Origin: Trypethelium eluteriae | Taxonomy: Eukaryota | Assembly (NCBI GenBank): GCA_051942245.1 | Contig: JAVECL010000044.1 | Coordinates: 1-64,000, forward strand | DNA: 64,000 bases | Reading direction: 5' to 3' | Part shown: in pieces, positions 37,368-49,972 of the stretch | How the letters are laid out: each line of letters opens with the position of its first letter | How positions within the stretch are numbered: the stretch's first letter is position 1 | Program-made: the position numbers and the translations under genes | The notes under the pieces: model-generated | Databases searched by the model: none | Told to the model about the DNA's origin: nothing | What the model saw: only the letters and a program-made list of their open reading frames with translations

Positions 37368-37831
37368 CCATCTTACTCTAACTTGCCATGTAAACCTCAA
37401 TAAATCTAGTACTCGTGCAGTAAAGTCCACATGTTACGACGGATAGCTAGATTAGCGATCATAGACCGCTGACAGACGACATACTCCCCAAAGAATTCTA
37501 CAAATAATAACAGAATGTGATACTATCCACTGTTTTCGTCTCAAGGTAGCAGCACGAAAGTGCACTTGCTCAGAGGTCAAGGTGAGATTGAATCATCTGA
37601 GATTTGATGGAATCGACTATGGCCGGATATAAGTTTTACCGAAGCTCCGAAGGCTATCCTGCTTAGTCAACTAGAAGCATTCATCACCCAGTAGGTGCCT
37701 TGACTTTGCACAGTAATCAACAAGCTCGCTATTGCTCCAAAAAGGCCCCAGTCGACTTCCATACATATCGAAGCCCTGAAGACCACCTTATACGTCCTTC
37801 AAGTAGCTCAAGAGTCGAATCCATCTGCACT

Positions 37832-39401
37832 ATGTCGACATTAGAAGATCTCGATGATATCGAACGTGAAGACAAGGACAGAAAGGATGAGGGCGATGAC
37901 AAGGACAAGAAGGCAAATGAAAATGGAGACGCAGAAATGAAGGATGCGGATGGTGAGAAGAAGGATGAGCAGAAAGAAGAAAACCCTATCGACGCGGAGA
38001 TCCTCAATTCCAGTACACGGGATATCATAGCTCGGCGGCGACTCTTGGAAAACGATACACGGATTATGAAGAGCGAATTCCAGCGATTGACGCATGAGCG
38101 ACAAACGATGAACGACAAGATCAAAGATAACATGGACAAGATCGAGAACAACCGGTAAGCGGCAGACTCATTTATTTGTTTGGCTACGAAGCTGCCGGCA
38201 AAGGGTCATCACTCGAAGAGTTCGCAACTGTCGCTAACATCTTGGTTGCTTTCAGACAATTACCGTACCTTGTCGGAAATGTCGTGGAAATTCTTGATCT
38301 GGACGTGACCGCCGAAGCTGCGGAGGAAGGGGCAAACATTGATCTCGACGCCACCCGAGTCGGTAAATCAGCCGTCATCAAAACTTCCACGCGCCAAACC
38401 ATCTTCCTTCCTCTCATCGGTCTCGTTGATCATGAGAAACTCAAACCCGGTGATCTCATAGGTGTGAATAAGGACTCATATCTCATCCTGGACACATTAC
38501 CAGCTGAATACGACAGCAGAGTCAAGGCAATGGAGGTTGACGAGAAGCCGACAGAAAAATATACAGATGTAGGAGGATTGGACAAGCAGATTGAGGAGCT
38601 TGTAGAAGCCGTGGTATGGCCTATGAAAGAAGCCGAGAGGTTTAAGAAAATCGGGATTAAGGCCCCCAAAGGTACTGATACCATCTGTTTCGCCTTATTG
38701 GTACTATTCTGATTGCAAACAATACTGAATATCTCCCGTCCACAGGTGCACTCATGTACGGCCCTCCTGGTACCGGCAAGACCCTCCTGGCCCGAGCATG
38801 CGCCGCCCAAACCGAAGCTACCTTCCTCAAACTCGCCGGCCCACAACTTGTCCAGATGTTCATTGGTGATGGTGCCAAGCTCGTCCGTGACTGCTTCGCG
38901 CTCGCCAAGGAAAAAGCTCCCTCAATCATCTTTATCGACGAGCTCGACGCCGTTGGCACCAAGCGCTTCGATTCGGAAAAGAGCGGTGATCGTGAGGTGC
39001 AACGAACCATGTTAGAGCTGCTGAATCAGCTCGATGGATTTGCAAGTGACGACCGGGTCAAGGTTTTGGCAGCAACAAATCGGGTTGACGTGCTGGATCC
39101 GGCGCTGCTAAGAAGTGGGCGGTTGGACAGGAAAATTGAGTTTCCGCTGCCGAACGAAGAGGCTCGGGCACAGATTTTGAGGATCCATAGTCGGAAGATG
39201 ACGGTTGACGATAGGGTGAATTGGCCCGAGCTAGCAAGAAGTACCGATGAATTTGGTGGCGCGCAGTTGAAAGCTGTGTGTGTGGAAGCGGGTATGATTG
39301 CGTTGAGGAGTGGACAAGGAAAGATCAGCCATGAGCACTACGTGGATGCGATTGCGGAGGTTCAGGCGAAGAAGAAAGACACCGCAAACTTCTACGCATG
39401 A
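37832..39401 (+). CDS. RPT5: 26S proteasome regulatory ATPase subunit 6A
   Basis: MSTLEDLDD start, [14 protein letters not shown], Walker A GPPGTGKT, Walker B IIFIDELD and [26 protein letters not shown]. Introns at about 38155-38255 and 38672-38746. Confidence 0.97.
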
Positions 39402-39620
39402 GAGCGCGCTCGACTTCTAAATGTTGTAATCCTAGGGTTGGCATATAGACTAGCAATGCATGGAAGCGATTCTGCTTTCTGTCATCGAATTCCTTATTCA
39501 TTCAGATCATCGATTTCATCCAAGATTCTTGTCTAGCGCTAAGTTCTGCAAACGCTCAATTGGGTATCATCAAATCATAGCCAAGAAAATGTAGAGCAAA
39601 ATTGTACCCGGAAATAACCA

Positions 39621-41702
39621 TCAGAATAGAGTTTCCAGTCCCATAAGCTTCTCCTTTCGCCTCGTACTATGTCCTCCCCTTTTCCCAGAAGGTGCTCCTG
39701 AGCACGTTTCATCGCCAAGGGTAGTATCACCTCTCAGAAGCTCTCCTACATCAGCAATAGCCTTCTCATCTCCATCAATGTCTGGCTCCAAGATATATTC
39801 AATTTTGCTGCCCAGAATTCCCATATAACTCCGCAACGTATGAGAGCCTCTCACCACACCTTCCTCTTCGACAACCACCCGAGCCGCCGGGCGTTTCCTG
39901 GCCTCTTCTATGCGCTTCTGCGCCATAAGGCGCGCGATGGACAGTTTCCGGATGTTGAGAGTTTTGTAGGGATCAGAGGCGGCTTTGGTGGAGGGATCAG
40001 TCTGAGAAAGATCCGCAACGGCGACTTCGTAATCACTGGGCTGCGCAATTTCAGCAAGTGGTCGGCATAATCGCTGTAGTTTGCCATCTTCATCAACCGG
40101 GGCACGTATGAACCGAAGTGAAGGGAAGCCGCCAGCCTTGATGGAGTCTGCAAGGAGGTCTTGCGCGACACCGGGCTCGGGAATGTCCCAGTGCAGAAAG
40201 CGAAGTCGTGGAGAGACGAAGAAAGGCTGAGAAAGCGCTGCGCCGAAAGGTAGTTCGGGCATACTGTCTTGAGTGAGGGAAAACTTCGTGAGGTAGCGCG
40301 CATTGGTTAGAATGCGTGACACGAGAGATGCCGAAACAAATTCGAGGTTGATGAAAATTATTTTGCGCATGGAACGAAGCATCTGTGGCTCGGAGAGATA
40401 AGACAGCCCTCGGTCTGTAACACCAGGGAGGTTTTCGAGGCGAAGGGAATACAAGATCGGGAGGCCCTGGATGGTGTCGTCATTGAAGTCTTCGGCGACA
40501 AAGTTCGAGACGCAAAGGTGTCTAACCGATGGCAATCTCCGTAGGGTAGCATATATGACTTCGCTCCCAAGGCGACCATTATCTGAGCCAAGAACGAGTG
40601 TTTGCAGCGAGGACCAACCCGCGTGTCGAGAGACAAATGCAGACGTCTGTGCTGGCGAAGGAAGTCCCCGAGGCGCGCTTCCTTGTATTATGGACTGGGC
40701 CGGGCTGAGTTTTTTGGGGCCTATAATCCATGCACGTTCTTTAAGTTTGGTTATTCTGTGCAATTCAATCACCAGTGAATCTGCAATATGTCCATACGAG
40801 GGATAAAACCCAGTCAATTTCCGTAAGTTTGGACATGCCGCAACAAGAGATGCCAGAAGCTCGAATGCGCTATCCTTGTCTTTGGCTATGATTTCCAAGA
40901 CTGCTCGGTCCTGCGCGGAGACCCTCAGTTCCTTTACCAGACCTGCTATGTGTGGTCTCTTGTGTAGTGTTCGACAGAGTCGTTTTAGACGAGTGGAACT
41001 TTTCAGCTTGAGTTTTTTAGGCTGCAGTGGCTGGTCGCTCAGAGGCACCCAGACCTTTTGGTACCTAACAGCTCGTTAGAGACGACATGTGTTTTGCGAA
41101 ACATGCGTGTCATGCTCACATAGCTTCTTGCGCGCTCTTCTGCCATTTCCTACTCGTTAAACATAGTGAATACAGATCTTTCATGTAGCAAGCAGAGCAA
41201 AGTTCCATTTCCTCAGTCTTGTGTGCCGGCTCAAGCTGTTGGGCAATACACTGATACACTTCCTCTGGAAGATTCTCAAAAATATGTGCTGGTAGTACGG
41301 TCGAATGATTGGAGCTTCTTGAGGGTTCCGATCGCTGCGGAAACGGCCGTCTCGATCGAGACAGTTCCCAAGGAGTCTTGGTAAGGGTAGGTACAGTGTC
41401 GAAGCTATACTCGCGCTGATGTAATGACGTATAGGATGTAGCCGAAGAGCGCCGTGATGCGCCTGAGCCATTTGACCATTGCGAGGCGGAGCTCCTGGTC
41501 GATGCGGAAGATGGGGAAAGCTGGAGGCTAGGTCTTGCATAATGCGACGGATGCGCCGTGCGAGTCCTACTAAAGTCAGAAGATAGTCGCTAAGAGGGTT
41601 ATGAAAATCCCAGGTAAGACAAGTACGAGATACTCACCTGCTCTTCTGAGGATCTGCATCCACCACGCGGAGTAGATCACGTTGAGACACTTTGGAAGCC
41701 AT
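39621..41702 (-). CDS. F-box protein with an LRR-like C-terminal region
   Basis: Exon 1 MASKVSQRDLL... (ATG 41702). Exon 2 carries the F-box IFENLPEEVYQCIAQQL...MKDLYSLCLTSRKWQKSAQEAM. Exon 3 corresponds to ORF 39621-41048 (LVAACPNLRKL, SLRLENLPGVTDRGL). Confidence 0.82.
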
Positions 41703-43887
41703 TTAGTATGAATGGTCACTCCGGGGAACCTTGAGAGCAATGTAGAGCAACTATGGCCATTGATGAGTCCTAAAAGACATGAGGTACGAGAGGCGCGGAT
41801 GCATTGAATAAATGGATCTGGTGGGGTCGACAAGGGATCAGCGTGGTACGACTAAGCGTCAGAGAATCAATGCTGCAGCACTGGGTGAGTAAGATAAAGA
41901 ATGCTAGCTCTCAGAGCCAATGAGAAAATAATTTGGGTCGCGACAGCCAGCCAAAGTCGTGTGGTGCAGGCCGAGGTAGGCCGTAGGTGATTACCTGGAA
42001 GACCTTTAGGGTTGAGACGGTGTCGATCAAAGTGATCAGCGTCGGAAAATGCAGAGAACAGTGCAGCGATCGCGCCACTTCGCCTACAATATCCCCGAGA
42101 TGAGAGCTCTGTGCAAGGGTCAAGGATTAGTCTCGACGATACGCAGGTAAGATCTTACGCGATTCAAGCAAGCAAGGGCCCTGATGGTTCCCTCGTCTTG
42201 ATAAGCGAGTCAATTTCAGCTTTGACTTTCTTGAAAAGTTAACACATTCACGAAGGGTGAGCTGCCCAAATTGTCTTTACTTGAGGTATCTTACTATAGA
42301 TGCTCTTGTGCTTAATCATAGTTCTTCCAATCCGGCGAGATGTACGGAGCTTAACATTGCTCAACCTGCTCTTATAGAGTGCTTGACCTTCCAGAATCCG
42401 CGTTTGACGACGATTAACTTAACCTAACGAACCAATGGCTTGGCATCCGACCCGGTACTAAATAGCAGCATGCAGCCGGTACCCGATATTGGCTCAAGTC
42501 CTCCACAATATGCATCATTCGAAGTGAAAGCCCTCTTAGCTTTCCCTGCTGCTGCATACAAAATTCCATTTCCAAGAGCTATCGAGCAATTTATGACTTT
42601 TGAACCCTCATTACAAAATTACTCAGGGGGTCCGGCATGAATATGATACAAACAAAAGCTGCGAAAAAGCAAAATCTATCTTCGCAGTCTTAAACTGACT
42701 TGATCTAGTCAAAGTCCACTAAACGAGGAGAGAAAGGGGATGAAGGGTGGAAGAGTGCGCTTGTAGGATGTGGGAACGGTTGTGCACCAAAAATCCAACC
42801 ATCGGAACTCCGGAAATGTATTTTGCCGGCCTACGCAGAATGGTTCCGTCTTCCTCTCTTCGCAATCCAAGAATGACAATTTTCGGATAGGTGGAGATCC
42901 AAATGTAAGAGGAGCTGTTGCCAGAGTTTGTATGAGAGAGGAACGCGGCTTTACAGCGAAAACCGAACATTGAATTTGGAAATTCTGCCACGAGGGGAAA
43001 AAAGTCCTTTGGCTGTATGATCTGTATCTTCGATCGCAATTTGACACAAAACGGGATTAAGGGAGGGAGATGATGGTGAAAGCTTTCCAAGACTCATGCG
43101 TCGTACGCGAATACGATAAGAACTGTCTGACAACCTCAACGGGACCTGCGACTGGGGAGATCCTCTCCTAGCCATGGAGGTAAGTATCGTTATATTTCCT
43201 CTATATTGTTGGTGTAGGCCGACATCTATGCTTGATTTTTGCATCTCGAATCTCCTTGCCTTCCTCGCCCATGTCAGATCCTTTAAAAGCTCGTATGGAT
43301 CCTATCCAATGGACTCTAAATCTCATATGCAAGTTGCCGGAGTTCAGGCATTGGATGTCTGGGCGCTTCAGAAGGAAAGGCGGTACATCGGGGATTGGGC
43401 TCAGCCACTCGATTATACGTCAAGACTTAAGGTACCGAGTACTTTTTCCAGTTCGCATTACTCCATGTGGAGGGTTGATACACTAGCGGGGAGCGGTTGC
43501 TAATAAATTCCCGCGTTTTCTGGGGGTGAACCGCCTCCCAGGCCAATGGCCGTCGCGGCGTAATTTCGTTTCGCAAGCATTGATCGCCGGAAGGAGAATG
43601 GTGTCAACTCGAAACAACGATTAACACTCGTCACATCTGAATTGGGCACACCTTGTTTTACATGTCGCATCAAAACTCAATCTAACCTCCTTTTTCCGAG
43701 AATGTTTCTTCGCGCTCATTATTGCTGCCTCCCTTCTCCCTCTCTCTCAGTTGTTTGCCCACTTCTTTCGTTCAATCGCACCGTTCTACCATTTCGTCCT
43801 TCTTTTGGTAGCTTTGCGGCGCTACACTGGCATTCCCTTGACATTTAGAATTGATCAACATTCTTTTCGATCATCAATTCATTCATT

Positions 43888-45264
43888 ATGGTTTCGTCCC
43901 TATACGTCTTGGCGGCCGCTGCTGCTTTCCTCAGACCTGCCTGGGCACAAGCCTCAACTTGCAATCCAACTAAGAGCACCGATTGCAAACCCGATCCAGC
44001 TTTGAGCAAGGCCGCTTTCTATGATTTCACAAAAGGCACTTCAAGTGACTGGACACCATCTACCGGCGTCTTTCCAACCTACAATGCATCTGGAGCTATC
44101 TTCTCCATTATTCACCCTCTCGACTCCCCGACCCTTTTCTCCAACTGGTACATTATGTACGGCAGGTATGACATTGTCGCACAGATCGCCCCAGGTCATG
44201 GTGCAGTCAGCTCCTCGGTACTCATGAGCGACGACAAGGACGAAATCGACCTCGAGTGGGTAGGCTCTCAGACCAACTCATTGCAATGCAATTATTTTGG
44301 CCAAGCGCAAGAAGGCTCCGAACAGACCGTCACTGTCAGCGCCCCCAGCTCGTCATACCACACCTACACTATCGACTGGACTCCCTCCAGCCTGTCCTGG
44401 ATCGTTGATGGAAAGACATTACGCGCAATCCCTTCTTCGTCAGCTAACTACCCACAAACTCCAATGAAACTCCAAATTGGCGTCTGGCCGGGTGGTGATC
44501 CCTCGGAGCCCTCGGGAACACAGTCCTGGGCTGAAGGACCCATCAATTACGCCGATGGCCCATTCACAATGATTGTCAAGAGCGTCACAGCCTATGACTA
44601 CTCAACGGGATCTGAATATTCGTACCAAGGCACCTCTGGCAAGGCCTCCAGCATCGAGGCCAACGGCGGCAAAATCGCTCAATACAGCAACATCAACGGC
44701 CTAAGCGTATCCACCGCTTCGATGACCTCTGCCGGCTCATCATCTACTTCCTCCGCCATATCAAGCTCAATTGCTCCCAGCTCAAGCTCAGTCTCCGCGC
44801 CAGCTCAGATTCCCTCCACTTTCACAACGCTTGTTTCAACTGTCAGCCCCAGCAGTACGGGAGGTGCTGCGTCTACCGTCAGCTCTGTCGTCCCCGCCAG
44901 TGCTTCCTCTACCCCTAGCCCAACGCCTGTTAGTGGCTCTGGGTCTGCCAGTGGCTCGCCTGTTCCTAGCCCAACGCCTGTTGGTGGCTCTGGGTCTGCC
45001 AGTGACTCGCCTATTCCTAGCCCAACATCTGGGAGTGGATCTGGATCTGCCAGTGGTTCAGGCTCGGCCTCAGGAAGTGGCAGTGGTAGTGGTGGTCACG
45101 GCGGCAATCCTGGTCACGGCTCCAGCGGCACCTCAATACCCGCTCCGATTGAGAGCGCAATTACTGCGATTGGTAACAAAGATCCGCAGCTTGGTAAGGC
45201 TTTGGAGAGCATCTGGGGCTGGGTTACGGAGATGTTTTCCGGCAATGGAAAGAAAGAATGGTAG
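43888..45264 (+). CDS. GH16 Crh-family chitin-glucan transglycosylase with a Ser/Pro/Gly-rich stalk
   Basis: Signal peptide, TCNPTKSTDCKPDPAL, catalytic DEIDLEWVG, YHTYTIDWT, YPQTPMKLQIGVWPGGD and a Ser-rich tail. Confidence 0.92.
   Translation: MVSSLYVLAAAAAFLRPAWAQASTCNPTKSTDCKPDPALSKAAFYDFTKGTSSDWTPSTGVFPTYNASGAIFSIIHPLDSPTLFSNWYIMYGRYDIVAQIAPGHGAVSSSVLMSDDKDEIDLEWVGSQTNSLQCNYFGQAQEGSEQTVTVSAPSSSYHTYTIDWTPSSLSWIVDGKTLRAIPSSSANYPQTPMKLQIGVWPGGDPSEPSGTQSWAEGPINYADGPFTMIVKSVTAYDYSTGSEYSYQGTSGKASSIEANGGKIAQYSNINGLSVSTASMTSAGSSSTSSAISSSIAPSSSSVSAPAQIPSTFTTLVSTVSPSSTGGAASTVSSVVPASASSTPSPTPVSGSGSASGSPVPSPTPVGGSGSASDSPIPSPTSGSGSGSASGSGSASGSGSGSGGHGGNPGHGSSGTSIPAPIESAITAIGNKDPQLGKALESIWGWVTEMFSGNGKKEW
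44909..45055 (+). repeat. Coding tandem repeat, about 48 bp x3 (PSPTPVxGSGSASxSPx) in the GH16 stalk
   Basis: CCTAGCCCAAC(G/A)(C/T)CT...TGG(G/A)TCTGCCAGTG recurs three times between about 44914 and 45055. Confidence 0.8.
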
Positions 45265-45793
45265 GCCCTACGTGCCTGCCAGAGTCGACTGGAGTCTACT
45301 GCTATCGTTTCATTTCTTCTACGGGGGTCGATTCCCATGATTACGTATTTAGACAGCATGCATGCTTTGCTGCATAGACCAGCGAAAGTTGGAAAGAATT
45401 TCGAATGTAGATAGCGCATTTGTCTTTCAATAATTTTAATAACAGCCCACTTGACCGGAAGCCAAAAAAAATCGGAATCCAGCTTATCTTCTCTCAAGAA
45501 GGGGAAATGCATGAGGTGCGCCAGGGCTCCAAAGTCCTCTATTTGCCTCTGACTGTACTCTCATTTTGGGCAGAAATAAAGCATTTGTGACGTAACTTTC
45601 CGCTGCACCTAATCTGGATACTGCTGTTAGCGTGCCGCTCTGTAAAAGTAGCAAAGGACTCAACCTACAGAAGTACCTAGATAATAAATATCTAAGCTTG
45701 CCCTGGGTGAAAACCAAGCAAAACTCGCCCGTAGGCTTGATAGGCTGCTACTGCTGAGGTGGCGGCGGGGAGGAGGGAGACCAAGCCACAGGT

Positions 45794-46012
45794 TCACCGT
45801 CGTTCTGCCTGCTGCTCACGCAGGCGACGCGCTCTCCGCCGGCGACGATAGGCCTGGGAGGGCCCGGCTTTTTGCTTTTTGGGCCTCTGCTGATGTTGAT
45901 GTTGATGCTGCTGCTGCTGCTGCGGTTGCAGGATGCTCTCTAAGGCGGCCAGCTTCTCCTTTAGCCGCTTGTTTTCAAGCCGCAACCGATTCTCTCTGCG
46001 AAAGCGAGCCAT
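45794..46012 (-). CDS. Putative 72-aa orphan basic protein (coiled coil, poly-Q/H linker, Arg-rich tail)
   Basis: ATG in a favourable ACAATGG context at 46012; MARFRRENRLRLENKRLKEKLAALESILQPQQQQQHQHQHQQRPKKQKAGPSQAYRRRRRARRLREQQAERR*. Confidence 0.4.
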   Translation of the reverse strand: MARFRRENRLRLENKRLKEKLAALESILQPQQQQQHQHQHQQRPKKQKAGPSQAYRRRRRARRLREQQAERR

Positions 46013-47212
46013 TGTAACAGAAAATGAATTGAAAGAAAGTTTTCCAGCTGTAGAATTTGATTCTGGCACAATAATCCAAGTTTACGAGAGCTCCAAAGAG
46101 CTAAATTTTATCAATTCTGTATCGTACCTATGTGTTACATTGCAATTTCCCAAGCCGGCAGGCACCTTCTGCTCTTGCCTCCCCATCACCTTCCCATAAA
46201 CAAACACAGATGCAGTGCGCTACCAACAAGCAACTCTCCTGTCCGTCGGCCATTGGCACAGGTAGGCATTCGTCGAGGATTTGATCTACTAAAATTGCTA
46301 TCTTATATAAGGAGCTTTCTGCTTTGGTTGGGTACTGTTTTTAATGCTATCCGGTCTATCACCGCAGGTCTTCCGCTCTCCTCTCTCCTGATCTCTGTAG
46401 TGCGTGAACTGTACTGCTTGTGGCATACATGCTACGTACCTATAGCGGGACGTTCCAAACTCCGATATATTTACACCTATTCTACACACGATATCGGCCA
46501 CCCAAACCCTCTATCTCAAATACCTTTAGAAGAGTTTTGGGGTTCGTAATCGTGCGAGACAGGTCCCTACATTCGTGCTCTCCGCACTCTTACCCCACTT
46601 TCCCAACTCGAATCTCTAAAAATCCTATTCAAAACGGAGAAGTTTACTCTATGAACAGAGGAGGTCAAAGTGCTCCCGCCGGGATGGATGCACTGGATGG
46701 GGGTTGGGTACTAACAATTCTCAGAGAACACCCGTTTCAAGACTTGTACCACTGGCGATAGCTTGCGAGTCCAGTTAGCTCTTGCCTCTTCTCGCCTCAA
46801 GGAGTTGTCAGTACTTTCCTATTGGAACGGATGATTTGGCGGCGGTCCCGCCAAACCATCTGGCTTCAATTGTCTGGCCTCAAACTTCCGAGAACCATAC
46901 CAATATCTGTGCCAGATTGATCCGGACTACTCCGAATGCTGGGTATACAGCTAATCAGATACCATGATCTTTGTTCCATGCTATTAGTCTTACTTCATGG
47001 ATTCTCCGCACCGGTGAGTACCTAGTAATAGGGTAGGACAGCTCAACAGAGTAAAGGTACGAGGAATAACCAGGGCTCCATCCCATCCTTAAGCATGGAT
47101 AACTTCACCGCTCATCTTATTTATTCTCATAGTTCTTAAGGACCGTCTCTTCTCTTTGGCTCTCTGGTAGTTTTCTACGACATACAAGGTTTGCTTGAAG
47201 TTGAGGATCACG

Positions 47213-48883
47213 ATGCAGTATTTTACAGTCTGTGTCATCGCCGCAGCGGTACGTTTCAGGCCCTTTCATGCGAGATGCTTCGTATTGATGTGCTCAAGTT
47301 ATTGGTGAGCCTCTTGACTTGGATCATATACACTCTCTTTCTCCACCCACTCGCACGTCTCCCTGGCCCCAAGCTCTGGGCAATCTCTCAATTTCCATGG
47401 CACTGGAATAGCATCAACGGTCGACTTGCGCTCAGACTGGATGACCTGCATGCACAATACGGACCTATCATGCGCATCTGCCCTAACGAAGTCTCCTGCG
47501 CCGCAACGAGTGGGGAAACGTGGAAACTGATCCATGGGCACCGGCCCGAAATGACCAAGTGGAATGGCGGCACCGGACTCCCTGGACCTGGCAAAGGCGT
47601 CCGAGATATATCTAACGCTGATGAAGAGAACCATGCCAGAATGCGCAAGGCCATGAATCCTGCGTTCTCAGACCGAGCGTTACGGGACCAAGAGGGAATG
47701 CTGAAGTTGTATGTCGAAAAGTTGATGACCAAGCTACGAGAGACGGCAGGTGATGGGCCCCTAAACATCATGAATTTCTTCAATTGGACGACCTTCGACG
47801 TGATCGGTGAGTTGGCTTTTGGCGAATCGTTTGAGGGGCTCGACAAACTCCACTTCCATCCATGGGTAGCCGGATTCCTGGACAATGCTAGAGCCATTAC
47901 CTTTGAGAACGCGATCGTTTCTTTCAATCTCAGTAGCATTGTGGAAGCCTTCATACCAAAAAGGCTCAAGGAGGCGCGTGCAAACTTTTTCAATTTTGGC
48001 GATAGAAAGATCGAAGTGAGATTAGCGCTGGGGGATAAAGGAGAAGGGAAAGATAAGAAGGATCTTGTGAGATACATGATGCTAAATGTGGACTCGAGCG
48101 CTGAGATGAGTCGGCGCGAGCTGGCTAAAAATGCATCCTTGGTCGCTTTTGCGGGAAGCGAGACGAGTGGTACATTTTGCTCGGGTTTTGTATATCTCAT
48201 TCTCAAACATCCAGAGGTCTACCAGAAGCTTTGCGATGAGGTGAGAAGCACTTTTCCAAAGAAGGAAGATGTGACTATATTGGCAGTGCCCGTGTTGAAG
48301 TATCTGAATTGCGTGGTGCAGGAGGTTTTTAGAGTGTATGTGTTCTAGAAGTCTTAACTGAACCATCTGACTGGCAAATACGAATAGGTATCCTCCGGCA
48401 CCTGCGACGCTTCCTAGAGTTGTGCCAGCAGGAGGTGAAAGCATTGAAGGACATTGGATTCCGCAAGGAGTAAGTCAAGGCCTGCAAGCAATTACCATTC
48501 CCTTAAAGTCAGTGACTCATCAGGAAAATTTCTGCGAACAGACAGTCATTGGCATCAACCAATTTTCCACAAATCAAGCCGCTCGAAACTTCCACAATCC
48601 CAAAAGGTTTGATCCCTCTCGCTGGCTTCCTGAAGGAGAGCGCTTCACGGAGTATGACGATGACAAGCGTTCAGTAGTTCAGCCCTTCTCTGCTGGACCA
48701 CGGAATTGCCTGGGACAAAATCTGGCGAACGTCGAGATAAGACTAATTCTGTGTAGGCTTCTGATGGAATTTGATATGGAGCTGACCGAAGAGTCGAATG
48801 AGCATTGGCTAGACCAGAAAGTGTATGTCGTTTGGGAAAAGAAGCCATTGATGGTGAAGCTCCGACCAAGGAATGTCAATTAG
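47213..48883 (+). CDS. Cytochrome P450 monooxygenase (CYP65-like)
   Basis: HPLARLPGPKLWA, WTTFDVIGELAFGESF, I-helix AGSETS, EVFR (ExxR), FDPSRWL and heme motif PFSAGPRNCLG. Three introns. Confidence 0.93.
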
Positions 48884-49018
48884 GGTTGACAACTTGCGGC
48901 ATTAAGGACCGCAGCAAGGGGGAACTTAGATATTCAGTAAAAGGGACAAAAGAAACTAGAGGATCTTCAAATTGCTGTAGAGTAGATTTTCGTGATCTTT
49001 GGGTGCGGACTGTGGATT

Positions 49019-49972
49019 TCATCCCTCTGACCAAACGTCGTACCCGAAAGTGTCCTTCATGTCTACAAATCGTGTATGCCTGCCCTTCGCGACATCATTC
49101 ACTGCATTGAACTCGTCATGCGACAGCTCTGTAAAGTGAAAGTTGCTTTCTATTCTTGACGGCGTTGAGCTTTTGGGCAACACGACGTATCCCCGCTTCA
49201 CGCCCCACGCGATTAATACCTGAGTCAATGAACTTCCGCGCTTCTCTGCAACTTGGTTCAATGTTTTGTTTGTGGTTACCTTCTCGCCGGTTGAAGGAAC
49301 CTGGTTCTGAGAGCCGAGTGGAGAGTATGCCTCTGGCATAATGTCGTGGTCAAAGCAGTAATTGACCAGCTCGTCATTTGGAAGGAATGGATGGATCTCG
49401 ATTTGATTCACAGCAGGTTTGACCTTGGCAAAGCGAAGGAGTTTCTCGAGGCCAGAAATAGTCCAGTTTGAGACACCGATCGAGCGTGCTTTGCCAACTG
49501 CATACAGCTCTTCCATGGCGCGCCATGTGGGCTCTGGATTTTTAGTAAGACCTTCCTTGATGATGTATTTGCCATTTGAGCCAATTTTGGGCAGCTTGTT
49601 GTCGTCTGCTTCAGCAGCGATGGGCCAGTGGACGAGAAACAGGTCGACATAATCAGTCTGGAGCTTCTTCAAAGAGCTGTCGAGTGACCATTTGACCTCT
49701 TCGGGTTCATGGAGATGGTTCCACACTTTTGTGCAAATAAAAATGTCGGACCGCTTGACGCTCGTGTTATCGGCCAAAAAGTCTTTGACGGCATCTCCGA
49801 CCTCCTCTTCGTTTTGGTAAAACCATGCGCAATCTAAATGCCGATAACCGACCTTCAAAGCACAGGTAACGGCCTTGTACGTTCCGCCTGTGACACCTTC
49901 ATTCGCGAAAGTACCGAAGCCAATTGCTGGAATCCGAAGCCCGTTGTTTAGCTTGAGCGTTGGACCAGACAT
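49019..49972 (-). CDS. NADPH-dependent aldo-keto reductase (Gld1/GaaD-like glyceraldehyde reductase / glycerol dehydrogenase)
   Basis: GFGTFANEG, GYRHLDCAWFYQNE, TKVWNHLH, DLFLVHWP, IGVSNW, NQIEIHP and LPKSSTPSRI. Intronless. Confidence 0.92.
   Translation of the reverse strand: MSGPTLKLNNGLRIPAIGFGTFANEGVTGGTYKAVTCALKVGYRHLDCAWFYQNEEEVGDAVKDFLADNTSVKRSDIFICTKVWNHLHEPEEVKWSLDSSLKKLQTDYVDLFLVHWPIAAEADDNKLPKIGSNGKYIIKEGLTKNPEPTWRAMEELYAVGKARSIGVSNWTISGLEKLLRFAKVKPAVNQIEIHPFLPNDELVNYCFDHDIMPEAYSPLGSQNQVPSTGEKVTTNKTLNQVAEKRGSSLTQVLIAWGVKRGYVVLPKSSTPSRIESNFHFTELSHDEFNAVNDVAKGRHTRFVDMKDTFGYDVWSEG

Noticed and set aside
45586..46139. Possible solo LTR (TGTGAC...GTTACA) enclosing the small basic ORF
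   Set aside because: The flanks GCATT/TTGCA are not a direct repeat, and there is no second copy in the window.
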